Shown: piece by piece, positions 15,885 through 24,424 of the stretch
Layout of the letters: each line of letters starts with the position of its first letter
Numbering within the stretch: the stretch's first letter is position 1
Source: a virus
Lineage: Duplodnaviria > Caudoviricetes
DNA length: 28,272 nt
Virus record (IMG/VR): IMGVR_UViG_3300035397_000195
Location: 1 to 28,272 of that record
Strand: one strand, 5' to 3'
Notes under the pieces: generated by a model
Told to the model about the DNA's origin: nothing
Databases searched by the model: none
Seen by the model: the letters and a program-made list of their open reading frames with translations, nothing else
Program-made: the position numbers and the translations under genes

Positions 15885-15926
15885 GGGGGAGAGGTGGAAT
15901 TATTTATTTTCTACTTATTGCAATGT

Positions 15927-17138
15927 TCATGCCGCTACATTCAGCGGGCCAATGGCCCGATGGACCAAGAGTAGTACCATATACCCTGCCAGATCCATAA
16001 TGGTATCGTCGCCAGGGTACTCGCTCCCTTTCGACAGTCTGCTCAGCTTATCATCAATGCGGATCAGGATCTGCTCCATCGCCGAGGCCCGCGAAAAGAT
16101 CCGCACCGGATCCAGGGCGGAGTTCCCGTAGGCGTTATTTTTCTCAATAAGCAGGGAGCGCAGAGAGTCGCAGACATCGGTGATGGCCAGCTGGGTATCG
16201 GTCATGGGAGGGGGAAGCGGATATTCCTCATGGTTTCCGCAGCGCATCCGTTCGTTACGCGCTCGCAATTCGGTTATTTTATCCGCCAGCTTGACATTGT
16301 CGATGACCAGTTCATTTTTTTCAGAGGCCAAGGCCTCAAGGTGTCTTTTCTGAGCGTCCGCAATATTTTTCCACCGCTCAAGATCTTCATCCACGACGGT
16401 CGGTATTTCTGAAACTGCAGATCGAAGTTCCGGGTGCAAATTAAGCAACTCGTCCAGATACCCGGCCAAAAGACCGGAATGAAATTCCCTCAACTGTTCC
16501 ATAATAAGGGCTGGCCTCAATTTCGCATTGCGCCTGATATGCTCGCACAGCGAACAGCACTTCTTTCCGTCAACCAATACCTGACCACCGGTTTTTCCGC
16601 ACAAATCACACACCCCTGTTTTTCGAGTAGTCGCCATCATTTCCTCCTTATCTATTTTGTTTTCTATAATTTTTTCACCGCCAAGATCGGCAATGGAGAT
16701 CAAGGTCAATTCCAGCGGCATCGTTCCCCGGCAGGTCGCAGCGCAATAACTGCCCTCCATCTGTCGCTCAAATATTCCAGGGCGGGGCATCCTCTTCAAA
16801 TTATGATCACGCTTCTCTTTGCCCAGCTTCATCCATTCGGCGTTTCCACCATTATTTTCCATCACCTCCATCCTCTTTCTGGCCCTGATGGCGGCTATTT
16901 TCTCTATCCTGGTCAGATCAGGGGCCTGAAAGACCTGAGGAGAATTCCACCCATACGAATGACACCGCTTCGACAGCATATCCCTGCCGATGCCGATGAT
17001 GGCGGCCAGCTCCGTGGAGACATATTCATTGCCGTCATCACAGCTATAGAGCAGGCAGGGGCGGTTATTGACACCGATAACATATCTCGGCGCCTCGATG
17101 ATGCGCGTGGGCTTCTGCTTTTTTTGTGGTTGTTCCAT
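15927..17138 (-). CDS. Multi-domain ORF: HTH-like N-terminus, Cys4-type zinc finger, coiled coil, C-terminal Nmad1/DUF1599-like (all-alpha NTP pyrophosphohydrolase-like) domain
   Basis: KNNAYGNS...IRIDDKLSR...DTIMDLAGY; CDLC...CSLC; internal TAAGGAGG before ATG 16640/16637. Confidence 0.7.
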   Translation of the reverse strand: MEQPQKKQKPTRIIEAPRYVIGVNNRPCLLYSCDDGNEYVSTELAAIIGIGRDMLSKRCHSYGWNSPQVFQAPDLTRIEKIAAIRARKRMEVMENNGGNAEWMKLGKEKRDHNLKRMPRPGIFERQMEGSYCAATCRGTMPLELTLISIADLGGEKIIENKIDKEEMMATTRKTGVCDLCGKTGGQVLVDGKKCCSLCEHIRRNAKLRPALIMEQLREFHSGLLAGYLDELLNLHPELRSAVSEIPTVVDEDLERWKNIADAQKRHLEALASEKNELVIDNVKLADKITELRARNERMRCGNHEEYPLPPPMTDTQLAITDVCDSLRSLLIEKNNAYGNSALDPVRIFSRASAMEQILIRIDDKLSRLSKGSEYPGDDTIMDLAGYMVLLLVHRAIGPLNVAA

Positions 17139-17148
17139 GGATTCCTCC

Positions 17149-17382
17149 TCACCTATCTACTTCAATTGATTTTATCGATACCCGCATGGTAGCCAGCGGA
17201 CAGCGGTCATTCTCGCAACGGTGATAACGAATGCGTGTTTTGTCTTCCCAGGTCAGTGTGCGGTAGATCCTCGCTTTTTTCTCGCACCAGGGGCAAACGG
17301 CACCGGTGCGGGGGGAGAAATCAACGCCCGCTGTGGCGGTACCGATTGTCGCAGAAATTTTATTCATGGTTGTAATTTTCAA
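17149..17382 (-). CDS. Ogr/Delta-like zinc finger protein
   Basis: CPWC...RT...RYHRC...C; follows the large terminase; start may be ATG 17367. Confidence 0.7.
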   Translation of the reverse strand: MKITTMNKISATIGTATAGVDFSPRTGAVCPWCEKKARIYRTLTWEDKTRIRYHRCENDRCPLATMRVSIKSIEVDR

Positions 17383-17388
17383 TCCAGA

Positions 17389-19419
17389 TCACCCCTTTTG
17401 CCAATATTTTATCTGCAGGATATCTTCCGCCACCAGCGTCATCATGCTGCAGTCCCATTGATGGTTATCCTTGCCGTCCGGGCACTGCCACATATTTCGT
17501 TCGTCAACATATTCGGCGCACATCTGGGCCGCAAAGTCCCGGCCATGGACATCATGATCGTTGACCGAGGCCAGCATGTGCCAGGCGCCGGGATCGTCCG
17601 GCTTGACCTTGAGGATGGAGGCCAGCTGGTCTTTGTAGTGGTTGGCGTCGGCGATCAGGAGTTTGACGCCTCCGGGGATCTGGACCTTGGTGCCGGGGTA
17701 GCGGTCGATGGTGGTCCAGGTCTGGGGATTGGCCTTGCGGCCGGATGCGCCCTTGTAGGCCTGAGCACGCCCGGGATAGCAGCGGGTGAAATCATAGATC
17801 TCACTGGTGCGATGGCCGCCGGAATCGATGACCAGCAGATGCACAGGATAATAGAGCCCTTCTGCATCCTGATAGGTATCCTCAAACATGAACTGGATTA
17901 GCTCCGCCTTGGTGCGGGTGAATCCGTAGCGGATCTGCCAGCGATCAGGATTCAGCCCCCAGCCGATGGCGGTGATCTGATAAGGGAACCCGTCGTCCTG
18001 GGTATCGGCAGTGGCGACCAGGGCTGCCACCTGACCCATGCCGGGAACCAGCCGGTCCGGGCGGTCATCGGCCAGGACATAGATGGCATCCTCAGCGCGG
18101 TTCTGGCGGGAGGGGATATGGGCTACGCCGCGGATCTGGGTGTCGAAGTAGTGCATATCCCCCACATTCTTGAGGCCGCGCAGGAAGGAGGCGGCCATTT
18201 CGGAATGCCCCACCAGCGGTGTCACCAGGCCAGGAGAATGGAAGGCGATTTTTTCGGGGTGGACGGCGCGCAGATAGGTCATCAGCTCACGGCCGTCACC
18301 GGCCAGGGCCTTCTTGCCGCAGTCCGTGTCCCGCACCCAGTCAACGCCCTTGCCGTAGGCATGCCAGATTCCGGCCTGCAGGGCCTTTTCCCGCTGCCGA
18401 TCCGACCAGACGGAACCGCACTCGAGGCAGACATATCCGGCCAGGTTCCCCTGTTCCACCAGCTGCGGATCACGAACGTCCTCGGGCCAGCGGACCTGGT
18501 CGAATCCCAGGGGCTGATGCGTGCTGCAATCTTGACAGGTGACATGGTAGGTAAACAGGACGTCGGCCTCATGGATGCAATATTGCCAGATGGGGCCGGT
18601 GACCAGGGTCGGGGTGGAGATCAGCCAGCATTTTGCCCCGTAGCGGTAGGAGCGATACCGCTCCAGGAACAGCTTCAGGGAGGGGGCCTCTTTTTTGGAT
18701 GGTTGTGCCGGCCATTTGTCGATCTCATCGCCGAACAGATACCGGGCCGAGACATTACCGAGGGAGGAGACCGAACCGGCCCAGCCCATATAGATGAGCA
18801 TGGTCTGCAGGTTGATACGCAGGGAGGAAAGATCATCGCTGGAACCGGTGAGCAGCTTGCGCAGCCGGGGCGAATTGCGGAACATCGGCTGCAGGTAATC
18901 GGTGGAGCGTTTGGACGTGGTGTCGCGGTCCGGGTAGGTGATCAGCGCCGCGCCCGGCTGGGTGTCGGCGATATAGCCGATCATCGTTTCCGCCCCGGCG
19001 GAACTGCCGGACTGGGGCACCTTGATATTGCCGATCATACGCACCGAGGGGAAAAACGAGGCGTCCATGATGCCGCGCATATGCGGCATGAAGGAGTTGT
19101 CCCAGCGGCTGCCTTTCAGCGGCCCATAGGTGACGGTACGGTTTTTCGGGGCCCAGACGGAAGGGGCCTCTTTCTTGCGCCGCTTCAGCAGATGCCGTTC
19201 ACCCTTGCAGGGGCGGAACGAGAGCCGCTGCCTGGTGAGCCGCTTGCGGAACTTCTCCGGCAGCCACTCAGGGGCGGTGCGCAGCCGGATGGTCCGGGTG
19301 GTGGTGATATCGACGCAGGGGGATGGCATGTCAAAAAGGCCCAGGGCGACCGTGACCAGTTGCTTCAAGTCTTTCTTTGACCTCTCTTGCAAATTTAATG
19401 ATGTCATAGCCGTTTTCAT
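17389..19419 (-). CDS. Terminase large subunit, lambda GpA family (start may be 19329)
   Basis: KVPQSGSS Walker A-like, YLFGDEID Walker B, ISTPT, CxxC pairs, ADTQ, IDSGG, NHQWDC nuclease motifs. Confidence 0.95.
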   Translation of the reverse strand: MKTAMTSLNLQERSKKDLKQLVTVALGLFDMPSPCVDITTTRTIRLRTAPEWLPEKFRKRLTRQRLSFRPCKGERHLLKRRKKEAPSVWAPKNRTVTYGPLKGSRWDNSFMPHMRGIMDASFFPSVRMIGNIKVPQSGSSAGAETMIGYIADTQPGAALITYPDRDTTSKRSTDYLQPMFRNSPRLRKLLTGSSDDLSSLRINLQTMLIYMGWAGSVSSLGNVSARYLFGDEIDKWPAQPSKKEAPSLKLFLERYRSYRYGAKCWLISTPTLVTGPIWQYCIHEADVLFTYHVTCQDCSTHQPLGFDQVRWPEDVRDPQLVEQGNLAGYVCLECGSVWSDRQREKALQAGIWHAYGKGVDWVRDTDCGKKALAGDGRELMTYLRAVHPEKIAFHSPGLVTPLVGHSEMAASFLRGLKNVGDMHYFDTQIRGVAHIPSRQNRAEDAIYVLADDRPDRLVPGMGQVAALVATADTQDDGFPYQITAIGWGLNPDRWQIRYGFTRTKAELIQFMFEDTYQDAEGLYYPVHLLVIDSGGHRTSEIYDFTRCYPGRAQAYKGASGRKANPQTWTTIDRYPGTKVQIPGGVKLLIADANHYKDQLASILKVKPDDPGAWHMLASVNDHDVHGRDFAAQMCAEYVDERNMWQCPDGKDNHQWDCSMMTLVAEDILQIKYWQKG

Positions 19420-19699
19420 AGGCTGTCTCGACCATCGTTGCGCACTTTTCCAGTTTTTTGCGCGGTGACATTTTCAGCCAGCCATCTGGCTCTTTGATCC
19501 CCACATACTCCCACAACTCTCGAATGTCCCAGTCGGGATACCCAAACGAATGATGAAAAATCGAAAACCAGTAGAACATTGCATAGCCATCTTTCATGGT
19601 GTGATGGATGGTTGCGCGCTCTTTTCCGAGCTTGATAATTCGATGAACATTGCTCACCGAATTATTGTCCGAGTTTTCATAATGGAATATTGCTTTCAT
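19331..19699 (-). CDS. Hypothetical protein
   Basis: Likely start MKAIFHY at 19699 after AAGGAGGAG; stop lies 1 nt before an in-frame terminase ATG (19329). Confidence 0.65.
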   Translation of the reverse strand: MKAIFHYENSDNNSVSNVHRIIKLGKERATIHHTMKDGYAMFYWFSIFHHSFGYPDWDIRELWEYVGIKEPDGWLKMSPRKKLEKCATMVETAYENGYDIIKFAREVKERLEATGHGRPGPF

Positions 19700-19730
19700 A
19701 ATCTCCTCCTTAATGATTTTATCTTGGTCG

Positions 19731-20000
19731 TTAAATATCTTCCGGGAACGGCACATCCGCCCACCAGATAGGATTGGGCAGACGCTGATCGGTGGCCACA
19801 TCCAGCCAGTAGAAATGGTCAACATCATTCCCCTCTCCCATCACAAAATTAAGCGAAGCCATCACCGTATCCGCAAGATCTTCATCATAAACCAGGACGG
19901 TGGTGTCACTGTCCGGCAATTGCTGATCAGCCTCCCCAGTGATCCGATGCCAGATCGAATGGGTTTCTGTCCAGTTTTGCAAATTTTTCTCACTCACCAC
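19731..20000 (-). CDS. Hypothetical protein, DUF551-like
   Basis: W...DQQLPDS...VLV...W...WWADVPFP pattern; GTG at 20000 after AGGAGG. Confidence 0.6.
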   Translation of the reverse strand: MVSEKNLQNWTETHSIWHRITGEADQQLPDSDTTVLVYDEDLADTVMASLNFVMGEGNDVDHFYWLDVATDQRLPNPIWWADVPFPEDI

Positions 20001-20022
20001 ACTTCCTCCTTTTTTTAGGTTT

Positions 20023-20529
20023 TTAATAATCCCCATTTTGGGGGATGAAATCCAACAACGGAAAACCAGTCTTACGCCGGACAGGTGGCGGCTCCTTTAC
20101 CTGTATAGGTTTTGGTTCCTCCTGGTCTGTCTCTTTGGCGCACACGCTCCGCGCCCAATTTATCACCTCAGCCAGATACTTCCCTTTTAGGCCACCAAGT
20201 CCTGAGTCTGGCCACCGTTTAGAAGCTCGAGCTTTTCTTATCATCCTGGCGGCAGCTACACGAATAGCCTCTTTTCTGGTCATAAATACACATTGTTGGC
20301 CAGCGTAGTTGTTTTTCTCAATAGACCAGACAGTTCCTTCAGTTGAAAACCGTCCGTCAGATAGTGCGACAATACCGAAATGCCAGCAACTATTGACCCT
20401 ATCATCAAGGTATTCTCGAGCCCACCAACTCTCTGTTGGCCATAAATATTCGTTATATGGCTGCACACCATCGGCTCTACAAATTTTACACTCGTTCTGG
20501 CTTGATAGCTTACTGCTCGGCGAGCTCAT
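20023..20529 (-). CDS. Hypothetical protein
   Basis: 168 aa, abuts the small terminase stop; Trp-rich; no recognised family. Confidence 0.7.
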   Translation of the reverse strand: MSSPSSKLSSQNECKICRADGVQPYNEYLWPTESWWAREYLDDRVNSCWHFGIVALSDGRFSTEGTVWSIEKNNYAGQQCVFMTRKEAIRVAAARMIRKARASKRWPDSGLGGLKGKYLAEVINWARSVCAKETDQEEPKPIQVKEPPPVRRKTGFPLLDFIPQNGDY

Positions 20530-21264
20530 TCAATTCGCCTCCAGGATCACATCAAATTCGACATCAGCGGCGAAATCGCCCATTCGTTGCTCCACGGCCT
20601 CGGAGATAGCCGCCACCAGATCGGCGGCGCGGGCCTGGTCGCCGGAGACAATATCAATCCAGTCCGGGACGCTGGACTGGATGGTGTGGTTGAGGTGGGC
20701 CATGAAGGCCACGGCCCGGCCGACAATGGCCAACTCGAAATCATCACGGGGGATGAACTTTGACTGCTTGATCCCCAGATCATGCTCCTGCTGGGTGAGC
20801 TTAACCTTGGCCGTGGCCAGCTCCACCTCCATCCGCTCTTCCTGCATCCGGTCCAGCCGGTCATTGACCTTCTGGCCGGTCTCGGTGCGTCGCAGGTTGA
20901 TGGCGGCATATTTCTCGACCGCCTTCAGCGAGTAGTGTCCATCTTTTTCCGGCCGCAGCAGCATCTGCCGGCAGTGGGCATAAAACTGCGACTGGCCGAT
21001 CTGCCAGCCATCGGCAAGGAGGTGCTCGAGGACTTCTTTCTTGGAGGAGAAGGTTTCAGGAGACGATGGTGCCGATTTTCTAACCAGCGAGATAAAAGCA
21101 ATCAGCTTTTCACTGGCATCGTCCCAATTTTTGCGATTTGCCACCGTCGGATCGGAGTTATACGCCTGCATTGATGTGATCTTGGCATTATAGCGGATCG
21201 TGTGCTCAACTTTTAAGGCAGGCGAGAGCATGGAGATCTCCTCGTCAGTCAATTGCTCAGCCAT
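20530..21264 (-). CDS. Terminase small subunit-like protein (Nu1-like)
   Basis: Likely start MAEQL at 21264 (overlaps methylase stop); HTH-like segment, coiled coil and KFIPRDDF resembling the Nu1 layout; upstream of GpA. Confidence 0.65.
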   Translation of the reverse strand: MAEQLTDEEISMLSPALKVEHTIRYNAKITSMQAYNSDPTVANRKNWDDASEKLIAFISLVRKSAPSSPETFSSKKEVLEHLLADGWQIGQSQFYAHCRQMLLRPEKDGHYSLKAVEKYAAINLRRTETGQKVNDRLDRMQEERMEVELATAKVKLTQQEHDLGIKQSKFIPRDDFELAIVGRAVAFMAHLNHTIQSSVPDWIDIVSGDQARAADLVAAISEAVEQRMGDFAADVEFDVILEAN

Positions 21265-22624
21265 TGAGTTCCAGCTCCTTTTTACCATGGCAAGCAATCC
21301 GCTCGGCCTTGCGGCCAGTGAACTGCTCCCAGCGGGCAACGATCACATCGCAATATTTAGGATCAAGTTCAAGGCCATAACAGATACGGCCTATCATTTC
21401 ACAGGCAATCAAAGTCGATCCCGACCCCATGAACGGCTCAAAAACGATGCCACCACTTTTGGAAGAATTGGCAATAGCACGCCTGGGGATCTCGACAGGC
21501 TTCATCGTAGGATGTTCTACACTTTTCCGCGGTTTATCCACCTTCCAGATGCTGGAATCCATCCCGTCCGAGGCCGCTATCACCTCATACGAGGGGACCT
21601 TTACCGCTACAGACCGAACCCCGTCGCTGAAACTGATAGCAACACCATCCTCTTCCTGCTGAAACAGCAGTCCAGGCATTTCCTCAACAACAGTTGACTG
21701 CTTGCGGCCGCCATACCATTTATGGGCCGCACCATCACGCCAGCCATATAATATCGGCTCATGGCGCATGTGATAATCCATACGCCCCATCTTAAAGTGA
21801 TTTTTCACCCAGACCAGCAATGACTTCGCCAGGAATCCTGAATCAATCATGGCCTTGCGGAAATTCAATCCTTCAGAATCTGAATGGCAGACATAAATAG
21901 GAGCACCTGGGGCAACAACAGCGGCGGCGGCAGTAAAGGCATCACGGAGAAAAAGATAAAAATTCTCCGAGGTCATCTTGTCATTTTTAATGGTCAGCTT
22001 ATCCTTGGTCCCGCCTTGATAACCGACATTATACGGAGGATCGGTGAAAACCATATCAGCAATACCCCCCCCCATCAGCGATTGAACTTCGTCTAATTTG
22101 GTGGAGTCTCCACACAACAGACGGTGATGGCCAAGCTGCCAGACGTCTCCTGTATTTGTCACCGGATCCATCGGGACATCTGGGACAGAGTCCGGATCAG
22201 TCAACCCATTGTTACCGGGAATAATGGCAAAGATGTCTTTCAGATCCATCCTGGTAAAGCCCAGTAAATCCAGATCAAAACCGAGTTCCTGTAACTCTCC
22301 CATTTCCAGTTGCAGCAATTCCCGATCCCAGCCCGCATTTTCGGCCAGTTTATTGTCGGCGATGACATAGGCGCGGATCTGGCTATCGGTAAGATTTGAA
22401 AAACGTAGGCAGGGTACGGTATCGATACCCATCTTGGCAGCGGCCAGCATCCGGCCATGACCGGCAATGATCCGGTTGTCGCCATCGATCAAAACCGGAT
22501 TGGTAAATCCAAATTCCCGGATACTGGCCATGATCTGGCTTATCTGCTCATCACTATGGGTGCGGCTGTTGCGCTCGTAGGGGGCGAGGTCGGTTATTTT
22601 TACCTGTTCGATTTTCATTGTCAT
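21257..22624 (-). CDS. ParB-like N-terminal domain fused to N4/N6 DNA methyltransferase
   Basis: NSRTHS..Q, FGFTNP, IIAGHGR, ADNKL; DPPY, HPTMKP, FMGSGST (beta-class motif order). Confidence 0.95.
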   Translation of the reverse strand: MTMKIEQVKITDLAPYERNSRTHSDEQISQIMASIREFGFTNPVLIDGDNRIIAGHGRMLAAAKMGIDTVPCLRFSNLTDSQIRAYVIADNKLAENAGWDRELLQLEMGELQELGFDLDLLGFTRMDLKDIFAIIPGNNGLTDPDSVPDVPMDPVTNTGDVWQLGHHRLLCGDSTKLDEVQSLMGGGIADMVFTDPPYNVGYQGGTKDKLTIKNDKMTSENFYLFLRDAFTAAAAVVAPGAPIYVCHSDSEGLNFRKAMIDSGFLAKSLLVWVKNHFKMGRMDYHMRHEPILYGWRDGAAHKWYGGRKQSTVVEEMPGLLFQQEEDGVAISFSDGVRSVAVKVPSYEVIAASDGMDSSIWKVDKPRKSVEHPTMKPVEIPRRAIANSSKSGGIVFEPFMGSGSTLIACEMIGRICYGLELDPKYCDVIVARWEQFTGRKAERIACHGKKELELNG

Positions 22625-22634
22625 TTTCCGCACC

Positions 22635-24422
22635 TTACACCGCCATCCTGGCGGATTGAATTTGCACATTAGCCCTGACCAGCGCCGCCGCCGGATAGGG
22701 AGAGACCGAGTTGCCGCACATCCGCACCTGAGCCGTCTTGGTCAACGGCTTGCCGTTGTAGATCGGATCGATGACATAGCTGTCGTCAAAACCCTGGGCC
22801 CGGAACAGCTCCCTGGGTGACAGCATGCGCAGGCCGATATCCACGATATGATACTCTTCGCATTTTACCGTCACCAGGCCGAAGCGATCGCGGGAGGTAA
22901 CCGTACCGATAGGCTCACGCATATCGTGTTCAGTGGCGCATCCATGGTATTTCAGGAGGAAGGCCCGTACCTCGCCGACATGGGTACCGGAAGCGGTGAT
23001 GGTCGGCAGCGGTCTTGTGACCTCCTGGCCGTCCCGGCAGGTGCCGCGCAGTTTCACCAGATGCGAGGTGACCAGACCGGTTTTACCGAGACCGCCAGGG
23101 GTGATCGTCCCGACCGGATCCACTGGCGAGGATCCTACGCTCTGCCCGAACTGGCGGACCAGGTGGGCGGTGACAACGCTGTCCTTGCTCTTCCCGGTGA
23201 TTGTTTTTGACGGTTCATTTACGGCGGCAGCGGTAGATTTGCCAAAATTACGAACGAGGTTTGCCGTCACCAGGGAATGATGATCGACACTTGTTACTGT
23301 GCCGATCGGCTCCTGCATGTCGGAACCGACAACCCCGGTATAATGCTTGGACAGAAAGGCCTCGATCAAGGCATGATGCCCGCCCTTGGTGTTAGCGCAG
23401 ATTGTCCGCAGTGGTTCATCGGCCGGCATACAGCGGGGCGAAGAGGCATTGGCGTGTTCGGTGAAGACCGGCACCACCAAGGCCAGTTCTCCACGATGTG
23501 CTGCCGTTATCGTTGGCAAAGGCTCATTTATATCATTTACTTTCCTTTCTCCGTGATGGGTAAGCGGCACGATAAACGGATCCGGATTATTGACCACATA
23601 GCGCACGATCCCTTTGGCGATCCGCCGCATAGTGGCATCGGCCAGCGGCCTCTTCCGCTCAAAAATCGACGGGGCCGGGATACTCCAGTCGATACAATCC
23701 GCCGCCGTGCGCCATGGCTGCAGCCTGCCTTTTTTCACAGCCTCGCTTTTCGGATCCCCATGCGTCGGATCCGGCCAGACAATCGCCAAACCGTCACAGC
23801 GGGCAACCAGGAACAACCGCTTGCGGATGGTCGGGGCTCCGTAATCGCAGGCCCGCAGCTCCTTCCACTCTACCCGGTACCCGAGTTTTTCCAGACGCGA
23901 CACCCAGAGAAAAAATGTTTTCCCCTTGTTGATGCCGCACGGCATCATGACCGCATGGCCTGCGTCATCCATCTTTTTATGACCGGCATCGTCGCATACA
24001 TGGACCAGCGGGCCCCAGTCCTGAAACTCCTCGACATTCTCCAGCATGATCACCCGGGGCCGCACCTTCTGCGCATAGCGTACCACGACCCAGGCCAAAC
24101 CCCTGATCTTGCGGGCCACCGGCTTACCGCCCTTGGCCTTGGAAAAATGCTTGCAGTCAGGGGAGAACCAGGCCAGACCGACAGGGCGGCCCTTGACTAT
24201 CTGGCAGGGGTCAACTGTCCACACATCCTCGCAATAATGAGTGGTGTATGGATGGTTGGCCAAGTGCATCGCCACCGCCTCAGCATCATGATTGATGGCG
24301 ATATCGACCGCGCGGCCGAGCGCCATTTCTATCCCGGTACTGGCACCGCCACCCCCGGCAAAGTTGTCGATGATGAGCTCGTCAAAAATACCAGGCTGAA
24401 ATATTGGAGCAATTCTATTCAT
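22635..24422 (-). CDS. C5 cytosine DNA methyltransferase
   Basis: DNFAGGGG, SPDCKHFS, ENVEEF, RKR, GNSVSP; seven P-x-x-T-(I/V)-(T/C) repeats in the variable region. Confidence 0.95.
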   Translation of the reverse strand: MNRIAPIFQPGIFDELIIDNFAGGGGASTGIEMALGRAVDIAINHDAEAVAMHLANHPYTTHYCEDVWTVDPCQIVKGRPVGLAWFSPDCKHFSKAKGGKPVARKIRGLAWVVVRYAQKVRPRVIMLENVEEFQDWGPLVHVCDDAGHKKMDDAGHAVMMPCGINKGKTFFLWVSRLEKLGYRVEWKELRACDYGAPTIRKRLFLVARCDGLAIVWPDPTHGDPKSEAVKKGRLQPWRTAADCIDWSIPAPSIFERKRPLADATMRRIAKGIVRYVVNNPDPFIVPLTHHGERKVNDINEPLPTITAAHRGELALVVPVFTEHANASSPRCMPADEPLRTICANTKGGHHALIEAFLSKHYTGVVGSDMQEPIGTVTSVDHHSLVTANLVRNFGKSTAAAVNEPSKTITGKSKDSVVTAHLVRQFGQSVGSSPVDPVGTITPGGLGKTGLVTSHLVKLRGTCRDGQEVTRPLPTITASGTHVGEVRAFLLKYHGCATEHDMREPIGTVTSRDRFGLVTVKCEEYHIVDIGLRMLSPRELFRAQGFDDSYVIDPIYNGKPLTKTAQVRMCGNSVSPYPAAALVRANVQIQSARMAV

Positions 24423-24424
24423 TT

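Noticed and set aside
13191-23252. Isolated AATTACG/CGTAATT heptamers near 13191 and 23246
   Set aside because: Single copies inside coding sequence, expected by chance
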